Assembly (NCBI GenBank): GCA_963555755.3
Contig: OY820905.2
Span: forward strand, 544,001-608,000
Direction of reading: 5' to 3'
DNA length: 64,000 bases
Source: Nitrospirales bacterium
Lineage (GTDB): Bacteria; Nitrospirota; Nitrospiria; Nitrospirales; UBA8639
The notes under the pieces were generated by a model. That model saw only the letters and a list, made by a program, of their open reading frames with translations. It did no database searches and had not been told where the DNA came from. The position numbers were made by a program, and so were the translations under genes. Numbering within the stretch: the first letter of the stretch is position 1; each line of letters opens with the position of its first letter. Positions 1-9,916 of the stretch are shown here, in pieces.

Positions 1-526
1 ACAAACCAAACCTCAACTCAGACAAGAAGACCTCAACCAGATTGTGGAATCCTGTTTACATTTTATCGAAGCCATTCCCACATCCAAGCCGGTCATGATC
101 GAAAAAAACCTGTCAACCACGATTCCACCTCTTTGGATTGACCGGCAACAAATCAAACAAGTCGTGCTGAACATCTTGATGAGTAGCATAGACATGATGG
201 GTCCAGTGGGGGGCACGATTACCGTGAGCACCAAACCCCGCACGAAATCGGAACATGAACCGTGGGCAGAGCTAGAGATAACCCTAGCCCGAGGGGGATT
301 CCCGTTGCCAGAATTTCAAGGTGATGGAGGATTATTGTTTGCCCATGATACCGCTGCTGACGATTTGGAACCTCAACCGATACGGGGCGAAGGGTTGGGG
401 CTGGCCATTGCGAATCAAATCATTCAGGAGCATCATGGATTCATCGATGTCAAACTGGGAACTGGCGCCGATATTTCCATCACAGTCCTCTTGCCTGCAA
501 AGTCTATCTCCTCAAAAACAACCTAA
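1..526 (+). CDS. Sensor histidine kinase, C-terminal HATPase domain (5' end outside window)
   Basis: ORF 44..526 has D..QIKQVVLNIL (N-box-like) and GEGLGLAIANQIIQEHHGFI (G2 box); stop TAA 524-526. Confidence 0.75.
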   Translation, partial: QTKPQLRQEDLNQIVESCLHFIEAIPTSKPVMIEKNLSTTIPPLWIDRQQIKQVVLNILMSSIDMMGPVGGTITVSTKPRTKSEHEPWAELEITLARGGFPLPEFQGDGGLLFAHDTAADDLEPQPIRGEGLGLAIANQIIQEHHGFIDVKLGTGADISITVLLPAKSISSKTT

Positions 527-705
527 GGGTCTGTGATAAAATAACTTGAACATCTCGCATCCCATCTTCGGGTCGGCTTTGAACGCGCCTCAATCGAAGA
601 AACCTCAACATAGGCATGCTATGCTTCGGTTTTTTCTCAATCGTTCCGTCCAAATCCAACCCAAATCTGGGCGCGATGTTGTCCAAGGTATTTTTTCACA
701 GGCCC
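527..705. mobile_element. MITE family A, copy 1 (IS5-like non-autonomous element)
   Basis: Imperfect TIR GGGTCTGTGATAAAATA / TATTTTTTCACAGGCCC; TAA duplicated at 524-526 and 706-708; homologous to reverse-oriented copy at 44319-44498. Confidence 0.8.
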
Positions 706-739
706 TAATAGCCATTTATTGGCATCGTCGAAGCTATTC

Positions 740-1123
740 ATGACCGAAAGACCTTCCTCACGAATCCAAACCCACCATATCCTAGCTGTCATCTGCTTTG
801 GATTATTTGCCGGAGCCATGGCCCTCAATGCCCTTCAAACAACGGAACCAGAGGTGGTACCAACACGAAGTGTCATGTGGAATGCCTTTCAATATGGCAT
901 GCCGTTACTCATCGGCGGGATGTGCCTCACCGGAAAACGCTGGGCCTTCATGACGGCGATTATCTATGGAACACTGGGACTAGCCTTGGACATGGCAACG
1001 TTTGTACAAAGTCTTACCGGAGGGAATGATCCCTTAGAATTTATAGTCATCATCAGTACGACAGCCCTATTGAACTTTTTGCTTATCGCTCTTGGAGGAC
1101 GCGCAGTCCTTCAAATAAAGTAA
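740..1123 (+). CDS. Small integral membrane protein (about 4 TM)
   Basis: Hydrophobic ORF 719..1123; ATG 740 is the likelier start. Confidence 0.6.
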   Translation: MTERPSSRIQTHHILAVICFGLFAGAMALNALQTTEPEVVPTRSVMWNAFQYGMPLLIGGMCLTGKRWAFMTAIIYGTLGLALDMATFVQSLTGGNDPLEFIVIISTTALLNFLLIALGGRAVLQIK

Positions 1124-1151
1124 CGTTCAAATCGAATGAGGAGAATTCATC

Positions 1152-1594
1152 ATGGCAACTTCCCCTTAGGGATCCAACGCGTGGTTCAAGATATTTTTAA
1201 CGGGCAATAGCATGAATTAGTCGATGAATTCTATGATTTGAAATGTTGCGGGTCTGATCCTGCAATAGGAAATGGACAAACCATGGGAACTGAGCAGCTC
1301 AAAGGTTTGCTCCGCACCTACCGGCAAGCATTTCCTGATCACACATATGAAATTCTTGATCTTCTAGAAGATGGGGATAAAGTCGCCATGCGCTGGCGAG
1401 TGAAAGGCACACACACGGGTCCACTGGGCGAACTCCAACCCACGGGTAAGGCCATTGAAATTGAAGGGTTTGCCATCTGCCGAATCGCGGATGGCCGTAT
1501 TCAACAAGTCTGGCAACAATGGGATAACATGGGCCTCATGGAACAATTAGGTCAGGGCGAAAACAAAGTCCTCATTGAGCCACTGGTCGGATAA
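1152..1594 (+). pseudogene. SnoaL-like ester cyclase, 5' part disrupted
   Basis: AFPD...EDGDKVAMRWRVKGTHTG...PTGK motif; RBS GAGGAG plus ATG 1152 is out of frame with the body, and an in-frame TAG lies at 1208-1210. Confidence 0.65.
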
Positions 1595-1655
1595 AAAATG
1601 AGAAGCCCCTGATCTTTCCGATTAGTTTTACTATAGTGTTTTAACTTTCAACTAA

Positions 1656-1766
1656 GGGGATTTTTGAATAATTGGCAAAATGTCGGTTTTTTGAAAATCG
1701 CACCTCTTTAAAAACAACGAGTTCCGATTTCAGTTTCCACAAAAATTCCTATTATTCAACAGCCCC
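1656..1766. mobile_element. Degenerate MITE/IS-end relic
   Basis: Imperfect IR GGGGATTTTTGAATAAT / ATTATTCAACAGCCCC. Confidence 0.35.
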
Positions 1767-1782
1767 CAAGACATCTCAAAAT

Positions 1783-1820
1783 TCCCTCGCCCCTGAGGGG
1801 AGAGGGTTAGGGTGAGGGGT
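1783..1820. repeat. GC-rich REP-like palindrome (CCCTC.CCC...GGGAGAGGG type)
   Basis: TTCCCTCGCCCCTGAGGGGAGAGGGTTAGGGTGAGGGG; related copies near 35976 and 48096. Confidence 0.55.
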
Positions 1821-2010
1821 TATCTCATCAGGAAGTTAAAATACTATAACACCAATCCACCATCAATTTGCTTTTTCCCATGTGAGCCCTCGCGGGTGTT
1901 TTAAAAAGCGTGTTTTGGGTATGGCGAAAATGCACTTGTTACCCAAAAACGCCAATCTTTTCCACCAGTAAGGCTTCTTGCTCCCCCACCAACAAAAAAT
2001 CTCCTTGTCA

Positions 2011-2026
2011 CCATATTACAATATGG
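2011..2026. promoter_or_regulatory. Putative vapBC operator palindrome
   Basis: CCATATT-AC-AATATGG with a further AATATGGTAA half-site, about 90 bp upstream of vapB; type II TA operons usually autoregulate through such sites. Confidence 0.45.
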
Positions 2027-2114
2027 TAATGAATATGGTAAATTTGAGCCTTACCAAGATGCCACCCTGGTGGGTGGCCCAATGCAATCGTTATGTTGCG
2101 GGAGGGGAAGAACC

Positions 2115-2318
2115 ATGGCCACAAAACTGAAAAAGATCACACTGGAAGTACCAGATGATGTCCTCAGACGCGCGACTGCCGTAACGGGCCAAGGTATCAC
2201 ACCCACAATCCGTAAAGGACTAGAATTGGTGGCAGCCAGCGGAGCGTATGCCCAGCTTCGTTCCTTAAAGGGGAAAATTAAGTTTAAGGTGAAATTGTCA
2301 GAGCTGCGAGAAGAATAA
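2115..2318 (+). CDS. vapB: Putative VapB-type antitoxin
   Basis: Small ORF (KKITLEVPDDVLRRA) with GGAGG RBS, coupled (TAATG) to a PIN gene. Confidence 0.7.
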   Translation: MATKLKKITLEVPDDVLRRATAVTGQGITPTIRKGLELVAASGAYAQLRSLKGKIKFKVKLSELREE

Positions 2319-2716
2319 TGCTGTGCATTGATACCAGTGCCATGATTGCCTTCCTGGAAGGAAAGACTGGAAGGGATGTAGAGTTGGTTGATCAAGCCTT
2401 GCTCGATCAGGTGGGGGCATTCTCACCCGTCGCTGTCACGGAACTTCTGAGCGACACTACGCTTCCCCCTTCGGTGAAGAACATTATTTTAGAAATTCCA
2501 GTCCTTCCGATCACAGAGGGATTTTGGGAACGGGCTGGCCTCTTACGTGCCAAGTTGATACACAGAAAGCATAAAGCCAAACTCGCTGATACACTGATTG
2601 CTCAAACCTGTTTAGACCATCATGTTCCCCTCGTGACGAGGGACACCGATTTTGCGCACTTCAAAAAAGTTTCAGCCCTAAAGGTATTTTTAGAACCAAC
2701 ACCAAAAGGTCGTTGA
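2318..2716 (+). CDS. vapC: PIN-domain VapC toxin
   Basis: IDTS...TELL...ADTLIAQTC...LVTRDTDF PIN acidic motifs. Confidence 0.9.
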   Translation: MLCIDTSAMIAFLEGKTGRDVELVDQALLDQVGAFSPVAVTELLSDTTLPPSVKNIILEIPVLPITEGFWERAGLLRAKLIHRKHKAKLADTLIAQTCLDHHVPLVTRDTDFAHFKKVSALKVFLEPTPKGR

Positions 2717-3164
2717 AATTGGACTGTAGGAAATCGGGTGTGCAGCAGGCGTTGCTGATATACTCCTCATGTTCCAGTCGCCGGGCTACAAAACCTGACA
2801 GCCATAACGGCGGCAGATGCTCGACCCGCTTGGTGAACGCGACGTCGTCGCTGTTCTTTGGTGAGAACAATCTTGCTTCCCCGACTATGCGGTGAATTCG
2901 ATAAAAGCCGAAAGACATCGTCCATCCCAGTTCCAGCATGATCTTCACCCACAGATCCAGACCCCGGAGTATTCACTTCTTCATTCATAGCCTTTTCTTT
3001 TGCCCGTAGGCAGGTGTGCTAGGAGGTAGCGTGTAAAAACAGAGCCCCACACCCGAAAGTGTGAGGCTTCATCATGTGGACGGCTTACTTCGATGGAAAA
3101 GGCCACCGTCTAGGGATGCCTGGCAGCTTCCGCAGGCTTCGGTTGCATATTAAATGGTGGCGCC

Positions 3165-3307
3165 ATGGCTAGATTTTCAAACCAGCGTCTCCTTCAGGCC
3201 TTTGATGTTCTTCATGAGTTGTATGCCTTCCAGGACCAGGACGCATTCACACAACAGTTGCCCGCTTCCATGCGCAACCTCGTTCAAACCGAGGTCTGTA
3301 GCATTAA
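3165..3307 (+). pseudogene. GAF/PAS-LuxR regulator, fragment 1 of 3 (N-terminus)
   Basis: Joins in frame to 18480 after removing the 3308-18474 insertion and one ATTAA copy (...CSIN|HVNP...). Confidence 0.85.
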
Positions 3308-3325
3308 CCTAAAAACGGCAGTTCC

Positions 3326-3472
3326 CCATTGCCTGCCGTGGAGAAAGAGGATCCCCGTTCGCTCTGGGTGAGTCCCACGGATGCTCATCCGAAGGGAAAG
3401 GCCGGGGATTTATTTGCTCGTAGACTCAAACAAGCCTTAGCGGATCATTTTCACAATTATTTCAAACCCTAA
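3326..3472 (+). pseudogene. Captured 3' tail of an SGNH hydrolase gene
   Basis: Reads ...SLWVSPTDAHPKGKAGDLFARRL...* (block V D-x-HP-like); begins right after the TIR. Confidence 0.55.
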
Positions 3473-3495
3473 TTCTGGCAGGGCCAGCCTTTTCG

Positions 3496-4701
3496 ATGAA
3501 AAAGAAAACCCCTATCCTGAATCTGGTTCTAGTGCTGATGACCATCATGATCATGTTTGTCATGATCGAGTCCTTCCTTCGAGCTTATTTCTTTGGCACT
3601 CTGGCGCAACCCTTTTCATCTCTGCCTATCATAGTTCCTCACCCAACTCGAAGTATTGCTTTAGGACCTGGTTTGGAGGGGTGGGAGCAGAAGTTGGATT
3701 TCAACGTACCGGTGAATGTGAATGCGCAGGGATTACGTGGACCTGATATTGGACCAAAAGATGATCGACAGCGGATTCTTATTGTGGCGGATTCAACAAC
3801 CTATGGTAGTGGCGTTGCCGTTGAACACATCATTCCGACAGCGTTGGCCGAAGAACTGGGGTCAGATCACGTTGAGATCATCAATGGTGGTTTTGCGACT
3901 TATAACACGGTGCAGGAGCTCTTGTTTCTGGAGGAAGAGGGACTTGCCTTTGAACCTGACCTCGTGATTCTGGCCTTTAGTCCAAACACCGATATTCAGA
4001 CAAATACCTTGGCATTGCAACGGCTTCATCAGCGGAAGACGGTTCGGCCGTATGCGAGCATTGATGATAACAGCCAATTACAACTCGATCTGAGTTACGC
4101 GAAAGCGTTTTATGAAAAGGAGAAGGAACGATCTCCAGCAGATAGACAGAAAGCCTACTACAAGCGACAGGTGGTATATCGGCTTGGAGAAATGTTCGTC
4201 AACAGTTTCCAGACCTCAGAGTTTCAAGATCCGAATATGTTTATCGGGTGGCCGTTTCTTGCGGAGTTTGCTCCCGAGTACTCGAGGCGAGGCATGAAGG
4301 CTGAGGAGTACACACGCCTATGGGAGGATGGCTGGGCTGTGACGAAAGCCATTATCCTGCGCATGCGTGATGCGGTGAAAGCCCAAGGAGGAAGGTTTGC
4401 AATGATGGCCATGGCTCCCAAGCTGCAAGTCATGGCGGATTTTCAAGCGAAGATTATTGAGGCCTATCCTCATTTGAAACTTGACCCAACCCGAATGAAT
4501 CGCGCATTTGAAGAATTTGGCAACACACACAATATTCCCGTCCTTGACGCCCTTTCAGTTTTGCGCGAGGCTTCTGGTGTCAGAGAGACTGCTCTCTATT
4601 ATAATATCGAGGATGAACATATGACGGCCAAATCGCATCGCTTGGTGGCTATGAGTCTCGCAAAACAATTATATGAATTGGGATTAGTCGAACGACGATG
4701 A
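3496..4701 (+). CDS. Membrane-anchored SGNH/GDSL hydrolase family protein
   Basis: N-terminal TM; N.QGLR; IVADSTTYG (block I), INGGFATYNT (block II), DEHMT (block V). Confidence 0.8.
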   Translation: MKKKTPILNLVLVLMTIMIMFVMIESFLRAYFFGTLAQPFSSLPIIVPHPTRSIALGPGLEGWEQKLDFNVPVNVNAQGLRGPDIGPKDDRQRILIVADSTTYGSGVAVEHIIPTALAEELGSDHVEIINGGFATYNTVQELLFLEEEGLAFEPDLVILAFSPNTDIQTNTLALQRLHQRKTVRPYASIDDNSQLQLDLSYAKAFYEKEKERSPADRQKAYYKRQVVYRLGEMFVNSFQTSEFQDPNMFIGWPFLAEFAPEYSRRGMKAEEYTRLWEDGWAVTKAIILRMRDAVKAQGGRFAMMAMAPKLQVMADFQAKIIEAYPHLKLDPTRMNRAFEEFGNTHNIPVLDALSVLREASGVRETALYYNIEDEHMTAKSHRLVAMSLAKQLYELGLVERR

Positions 4702-4704
4702 AGG

Positions 4705-5400
4705 GAATAAGAATTTTAAAAGGCCTTTTTGGCCTGAGCGAAAAGTACCAAAGACCTCGGTGAAGGGTCACTTCCCAGCCTTCGCCGTCCGACATGCTGG
4801 AGTTTACTCTGCGAGTAGGGTCTGACTGGCCTGTTTGCCAGGGATCAGGCCTGCCTTTCGCGCCCTTGGGGCATGTGGACGAGGGAACTGGGCAAAGGGG
4901 AGCGTCGGCTCAGGATCGGAACCGGAATCCGGGGTGGGATTAGGCTGTCAGGAAAAAGTCGTCGATGCGAGCCGGGGCTCGGGGTGGCGCACGCGTGGGC
5001 AGCCCAGGTGTGTGAGAATTTTGGCAATCACCGTGGGATCTTCAATGGCGGCGAGGATGGTCAACGTCCCGCCGCACTGCGGACAGATGGTGATGTCGAT
5101 CGCGAAGACTCGTTTGAGTAATTTCGCCCAGCTCATGCGAGTCCGCGTGGAGACCGATGAGAGCTCGCCGCCCCTATTGGCGGTGTTCGGCGCCTGGTTG
5201 GCCTCACCGGGAACGATCTGGGACCGCAACGCAGCATTGGGGGCGAGCACGCCATGGAAGCGAATGAGATGCAGCCGGGAACGTGGGACGAGCGCCGCGA
5301 GGCGTTGCAGGAATTCCAGCGGGCTCATCACGAGATGGGTGGTGCCATCGCGGTACGGGGTTTTGAGTTGCAACACGACCTCGCCGGTCGGGGTCCGCGC
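4705..5400 (-). mobile_element. IS91/ISCR-family rolling-circle transposase 3' fragment with oriIS end
   Basis: LKTPYRDGTTHLVMSPLEFLQRLAALVP..RLHLIRFHGVLAPN, WAKLLKRVF, CPQCGG; oriIS-like TTTAAAATTCTTATTC on minus strand at 4705-4720. Confidence 0.8.
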
Positions 5401-5533
5401 AGGCGTTTGTGGCCTAGGGCCGGACGGGTGCCATTCATCCCCATGCAAAGCAAGGGGCTTTCCTGGCAGGTCTAGTAACGCGACTCAACCCTCAGATCGG
5501 GATTGCCATATCGCAAGGAATAGTGACTGTGAA

Positions 5534-6199
5534 TTAGGAGAAGGTTTTCGTGTAGACAAAATTTTGACGTACTGATACGCCATCTTTGCCTGATTTGTCT
5601 CCAGCAGCAACTTTTTCTGTTGAACCTTGTCCCGAATCCTCCTTCTTCGATTGGGATTCAGGGGAGTCATTGGGTTCTTGAGCTCCATTCCCCTCATTCT
5701 CATCTTGCCCCATTTTGAGCTGCCTCGCCCACATATTAGGTTGGCACACGACATTGAAATTCGGTGCGGGAACGGAATCATCAATCCGCCATAACTCCAA
5801 TTCTGTGGCATAAAAACTCACATTCTCTCGGGAAACAGTATTGAGCCAATCTAAACTCCGGCGAATTTCCGAGGTAATCTCTTGCCCCACGCAAACAAAC
5901 GCTTTCGCCTCCAAACCAGCGGAATACATAATCAATTTACCCAACGTATCAGAATTTATACCATTGAGGTGCCCACAAACAATCACGTAATGCCCATGCT
6001 TCGCATCTTTGGCTAACACCCCACCCGGTAATGTCTCTAATGGATTGTTCCCACCGGCGGGTTTTAGGGGCACCTCGATAGCTTCGCCCAACATTTCTAA
6101 GATTTCCTCTTGCTGTAACCATGCCCCAAGGCCATCGGGCTCATTCCCCCACACTTCATTCAAGTCAATTTTTCGGAGTTTTCCAACCGGTTTCGCCAT
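5534..6199 (-). CDS. Degenerate PD-(D/E)XK-like protein related to the N-terminal domain of DUF4268 proteins
   Basis: GKL.KIDL.EVW..E, LGKLIMYSAGL, LDWLN, ELWRIDDS.PAP.F.VV..PN.W; catalytic D and E-x-Q positions appear replaced. Confidence 0.6.
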   Translation of the reverse strand: MAKPVGKLRKIDLNEVWGNEPDGLGAWLQQEEILEMLGEAIEVPLKPAGGNNPLETLPGGVLAKDAKHGHYVIVCGHLNGINSDTLGKLIMYSAGLEAKAFVCVGQEITSEIRRSLDWLNTVSRENVSFYATELELWRIDDSVPAPNFNVVCQPNMWARQLKMGQDENEGNGAQEPNDSPESQSKKEDSGQGSTEKVAAGDKSGKDGVSVRQNFVYTKTFS

Positions 6200-6292
6200 A
6201 ACACCCTCAGCTTCTCAATATTGTTGGTTCCTGATCACTTTCCAAAGAGAATAGCGCTCTTATCGACCGTTTAAAGAAAAAGTTAAGGAAAC

Positions 6293-6342
6293 GAATAGGA
6301 ATTTTAAACAGGCTTTTTGGCCGAGCCGAAAAGTCCCAAAGA
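6293..6342 (-). mobile_element. Second IS91-family oriIS-like end, no transposase attached
   Basis: GAATAGGAATTTTAAACAGGCTTTTTGGCC...GAAAAGTCCCAAAGA closely matches 4705-4754. Confidence 0.65.
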
Positions 6343-6703
6343 ACGCGCCGGGAGGCAATCGCCTAATCAGCGGTCTCAACATGAGGGGGTTTCTGGCTGC
6401 GAGAAAGGCCCCACCGGTCCCTCGGCCAAGGAGGTTACCCAGGATTGCCACGCATTGTGGCATTTGAGGTGCGTAAAAGGCCGAGGGGGCGTGTTGGCTC
6501 AGGAACTGACCCGGAATACCTGGTGGCAGCAGGCCGTCTGCAATAGAACTACTTGTCCATCCATTTACTGGACACCACACTAGTTATTGGTTTGTTATGG
6601 GAGAAAAATCTGCCATTTCGTCAAGATCCAATGTCAGTGTCCGATAAGGATATTTATCAATTGTAGGATAAGACATATTCAAGTAATGCTTAATGTATCG
6701 TAA

Positions 6704-8152
6704 CTACTCAGGTGTGATGATCTTTGTAGTGAATTGTGCAGGCATAAAGGGGTGGCCGATCATGGCTTGTGAAATGGCTTGCAGCATGTTGCCGCCCTGC
6801 TTTCTCGCGGTAGAAAGGTAGCTTCGTATGCGGGCGAACTGCCTCGCGCCTTGAAGCGTTCGAAAACACCCGGATATTTTGAGGCGGAGCTTGATCATGC
6901 GGATATCCTGTTCTGCCAGATTATTAGTGAAGGGAACCTGTCTGTCATGGAGGAACGCGAGCACGGAGGCTTCATGCTCGCCAAGACGGGTGAGGAGATT
7001 TTGGGCCTTGGTCTTTTTGGGCCGGCCTCGTGACTTTTTCTGTGGCGGTGCCGGAAGGGGGTTGGCCTGCCATCCGAGGGTGAGAAGATCCCTGTATTGT
7101 TTCAGCCAGGGGGTTTTCTGTTCTTCCGTTAACTGTGCGAGTTGCTTGCTGACAAACACGTTCATCGTCAGCAACAGGTCAAACATGTGTTTGGCCCATG
7201 GTTGTTCGTGCTGCTCGAACAGGCACGTGAGTTCCCGCAAATGATGGGCGTTACAGAGGCCGTGGGCACAGTCATAGGAGAGATAGGGTTTCCAGAAATC
7301 GTGGATCAGGCGGCCAGCAAAATCCGGGAGGATCTGGAACTGCTCGATCGCCTCTCTTCCCCGTTTGGCGTGCACACCGTAAAAGGTCAACGTGGCCGTG
7401 CTGGCACTGTGGAGCCAGTGGAGCGTCCCGGCCGTGCGGACGCCGCTTTCATCGGCATGGAGGATGGGACTCTTGCCGAGCGCTTCTTTGACCGCAGTCT
7501 CGAACGGCGCGAGGTGCTCATAACTTCGGCGGGAGGCCTCGTCAATGGTGGCGTCGCTGACCGAGGCGCCATACAGATCAGCCATCATCTGGCTGACACG
7601 GCGTAAGGGGATCAACTGTTGGTTCTGGAGGTAGACCAGGAGGCTGCGAAATCTGGGACCGTACTGTGCCGGCGCAGGCAGGTCATCAGGAAATGACGCC
7701 GTGACCGAGCGGCCGCATTGGGGGCAGGTTTTGATTGCTCCCCGATATTCGGTGACGTCGAGTTTTGGCTCCGGCAGTTCAAAGAGCTGCCGGCGTTCAT
7801 AGCCGGTGACCGTCTCGTTGGTGAGGTCGGCATGGCAGGAACAGGAGTGAACAGGCAGGTGGACCAGGTGGTCTGGGGTTTCCACCTGTTTTAACGTCTG
7901 GCCGGCATGTCCCTGTTGGCCGCCCGGCTTTTTCCCGGAAGGTATGCGCAGGCTCTTGGTTCGGGGCTTGGCCGGTCCATCGGACGAGGGCGGTTTGCTG
8001 CTGTTGCGACTGTGTTGGTCGAGCCGCTGTGCCAGTTCGGTGACATGCGTGGTCAGCGCCTGCCCCTGTTCCTGCAGCGCCAGGATCAGTTCGACGAGCG
8101 CCTCGGGGTTGCTCTTGGCCAGGATGAGGAGTGCGTCGCGGGTGAAGGTCAT
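6704..8152 (-). CDS. IS66-family DDE transposase
   Basis: NSSKPPSSD, KPGGQ.GH.G, CxxC, HADESG, HD.W..Y, H.LC.AH.LREL, FTNNLAEQDIRM.K...KISG.FR. Confidence 0.95.
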   Translation of the reverse strand: MTFTRDALLILAKSNPEALVELILALQEQGQALTTHVTELAQRLDQHSRNSSKPPSSDGPAKPRTKSLRIPSGKKPGGQQGHAGQTLKQVETPDHLVHLPVHSCSCHADLTNETVTGYERRQLFELPEPKLDVTEYRGAIKTCPQCGRSVTASFPDDLPAPAQYGPRFRSLLVYLQNQQLIPLRRVSQMMADLYGASVSDATIDEASRRSYEHLAPFETAVKEALGKSPILHADESGVRTAGTLHWLHSASTATLTFYGVHAKRGREAIEQFQILPDFAGRLIHDFWKPYLSYDCAHGLCNAHHLRELTCLFEQHEQPWAKHMFDLLLTMNVFVSKQLAQLTEEQKTPWLKQYRDLLTLGWQANPLPAPPQKKSRGRPKKTKAQNLLTRLGEHEASVLAFLHDRQVPFTNNLAEQDIRMIKLRLKISGCFRTLQGARQFARIRSYLSTARKQGGNMLQAISQAMIGHPFMPAQFTTKIITPE

Positions 8153-9036
8153 GGCTTGCTCCGGCAGAGGGCCTGTCGGAAGTGGCGGATGAGGGGATAG
8201 AGATAAATTGCCTTCACCGGCACGCGCAGAGCCTTGTCACGGTCCTGCCGGGACCGGCCTTTGGTCTGCCCGACATAGAGCCAGTTCGCGGCCTGATAGC
8301 AGATACCTTTGAAGCGGTCTCGCTCCACAAAGGTCTCCACCAAGTGGACGGGATGGCCGTATTTCTCGATCCAGTCCTGCCGGAGACGTCTCATGACCCG
8401 GCCCAGGAGATGGCTGGCCAGATGCGGCACACGCACCCAGGGCAGGATGAGAAAGCGGGTATTGTTGGTCATGAAGTTGAGGTTGGCGGCTCGGGTGTCC
8501 GGCTCCCAGCCGATAAAGGTGTCGCGCGGGGTGGTTTTCCAGGCGGCGGAACCGAAGAGGAGGCAGGCCAGATCCTGCCCGGAGCGATCCCGCACCAGGT
8601 ACTTGAGATGTTCACCGACCGTTCGGGTGAACCCGAGGTAGTGATGGTGGCTCAGGTAATATCCCACACAACTGGCTTCGTAGGAATGTGAGGTTGGAAT
8701 ATGAATGGACAGGGGCGTCAGGGTCTTGAGAGCTGCGTCGATGTGCGGGGCTTCGGGAGGCATAAACCCCTTTCGGAAAGGGGGGAAGATGTTGCGTCGA
8801 GAGGCGACACGAATCGGGGGCAGCTTCAGGAGCCCGCGATGTTCGAGTTTGTCGATCATGCTGCGGGCGGCAAAGGTTTTCAGTTGTCCGGACGGGGTCT
8901 GCCAGCCCCAGTGCCGACAAATATGCTGGGTTATTTTATGGCGGCTCCAGTCAGGGTGCCGGCAAACCAGATGGCGTAACCAGCACAGATCAGATTGGGG
9001 GAGGCGACGACCTTGACATGTAATCGCTTCATTCAT
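8149..9036 (-). CDS. DUF4338 (DruA-like / Mom-like) protein inside the IS66 element
   Basis: HHYLG, RD.FIGW, NNTRFLILPWV..PHLASH.L, DW...YG.....ETFV....F.G.CYQAANW..VG.T.GR; ATGA overlap with the transposase. Confidence 0.85.
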   Translation of the reverse strand: MNEAITCQGRRLPQSDLCWLRHLVCRHPDWSRHKITQHICRHWGWQTPSGQLKTFAARSMIDKLEHRGLLKLPPIRVASRRNIFPPFRKGFMPPEAPHIDAALKTLTPLSIHIPTSHSYEASCVGYYLSHHHYLGFTRTVGEHLKYLVRDRSGQDLACLLFGSAAWKTTPRDTFIGWEPDTRAANLNFMTNNTRFLILPWVRVPHLASHLLGRVMRRLRQDWIEKYGHPVHLVETFVERDRFKGICYQAANWLYVGQTKGRSRQDRDKALRVPVKAIYLYPLIRHFRQALCRSKP

Positions 9037-9152
9037 GGCCCCGATTATGCCATGGGTGGAGCCGTTAGTCCAGAAAAAAATCAGGCTATAGAAAATTGAC
9101 CTGAGTAGTTACAATGTATCTATTAAACCTGGTTCAGGCAATAGGAAGTAAA

Positions 9153-9672
9153 GAACCCCGCTTTTCCAGGCGGGGCTTTCTTAGAATAAATCCAATTGTT
9201 CCGGATGAGTCGTACGACCGTCATAAAAACGGATGTATTGACTGAAGATCTCTGCTGTGACCTTATCTCCCACCGTTCTCACAAAGTATCCATCCTCCCA
9301 GAATTCTCCGCCCCACAACTCTAGCTGGACACCAGGACATTCTACCCGAATCTCCTTCGCACTCACCGCTTTGAAGATTCTTACCACCTCTGCACTCGAG
9401 TATCGTGGAGGGAAGGACAGAAAGAGATGCACATGGTTTTTGTCTACTTCCAATTCAGCGAGTTCAAACCCATGATGCCCAGCAATCTCTTGAAACAGCT
9501 CCCGAACTCTTTCTCGGACTTCTCCCTGAAGAATCCACTTGCGATATTTGGGTGCCCACACCACGTGATACTTGGTGTCATACACACAGTGGCTGGATCG
9601 CCATGCCACTACCCTAGAGGATTTCTGCTGCCTCGGCAGCACGCATTTTTCTTCCCGCCTTTCCAGGCGGGG
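9153..9672 (-). mobile_element. tnpA: IS200-type element (Y1 TnpA only), 5' end probably frameshifted
   Basis: YHVVWAPKYR, HVHL (HUH), WEDGYFVRTVG, YI; hairpins CCCCGCTTTTCCAGGCGGGG (~9155) and CCCGCCTTTCCAGGCGGG (~9654); nearest ATG (MAIQ) is out of frame. Confidence 0.8.
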
Positions 9673-9916
9673 CAGTCAAATGCGGTTTTTCGTAAAAATG
9701 GGGAGGGCGTACGTTCTTCCCTATTGCATACATTAGTCATGGCGGTGAATCAGGTTGCTCATTCTTTCAAATGTGGTTTAGGGAACGTTCAAAAACGGGG
9801 AACGCATGGAATAATCGAGTCAAGACTGCCCAATACTCTTAGGTAATCACGATGCAAAGCCACCGCGTTACCATTTTCATTGAACCATCATGCGGGAGGA
9901 TTGCTAATGTCCTCCT

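Larger units (their letters stand above)
6700..9112 (-). mobile_element. Complete IS66-family element (ISBst12-like) carrying a DUF4338 gene
   Basis: 14-bp TIR GTAACTACTCAGGT / ACCTGAGTAGTTAC; 8-bp TSD AATGTATC at 6692-6699 and 9113-9120. Confidence 0.93.

Noticed and set aside
2713..3120. Short ORFs and a hairpin between vapC and the LuxR start
   Set aside because: No recognisable family or RNA motif
6560..6583. Possible isolated IS630-type end (CTAGTGTGGTGTCC on minus strand)
   Set aside because: No partner repeat or transposase nearby
8149..9036. Complete Druantia anti-phage system
   Set aside because: No DruE-like helicase or other dru genes; both DUF4338 copies lie inside IS boundaries
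9181..9672. IS605 with TnpB/omega RNA
   Set aside because: Hairpin ends closely flank tnpA, leaving no room for tnpB
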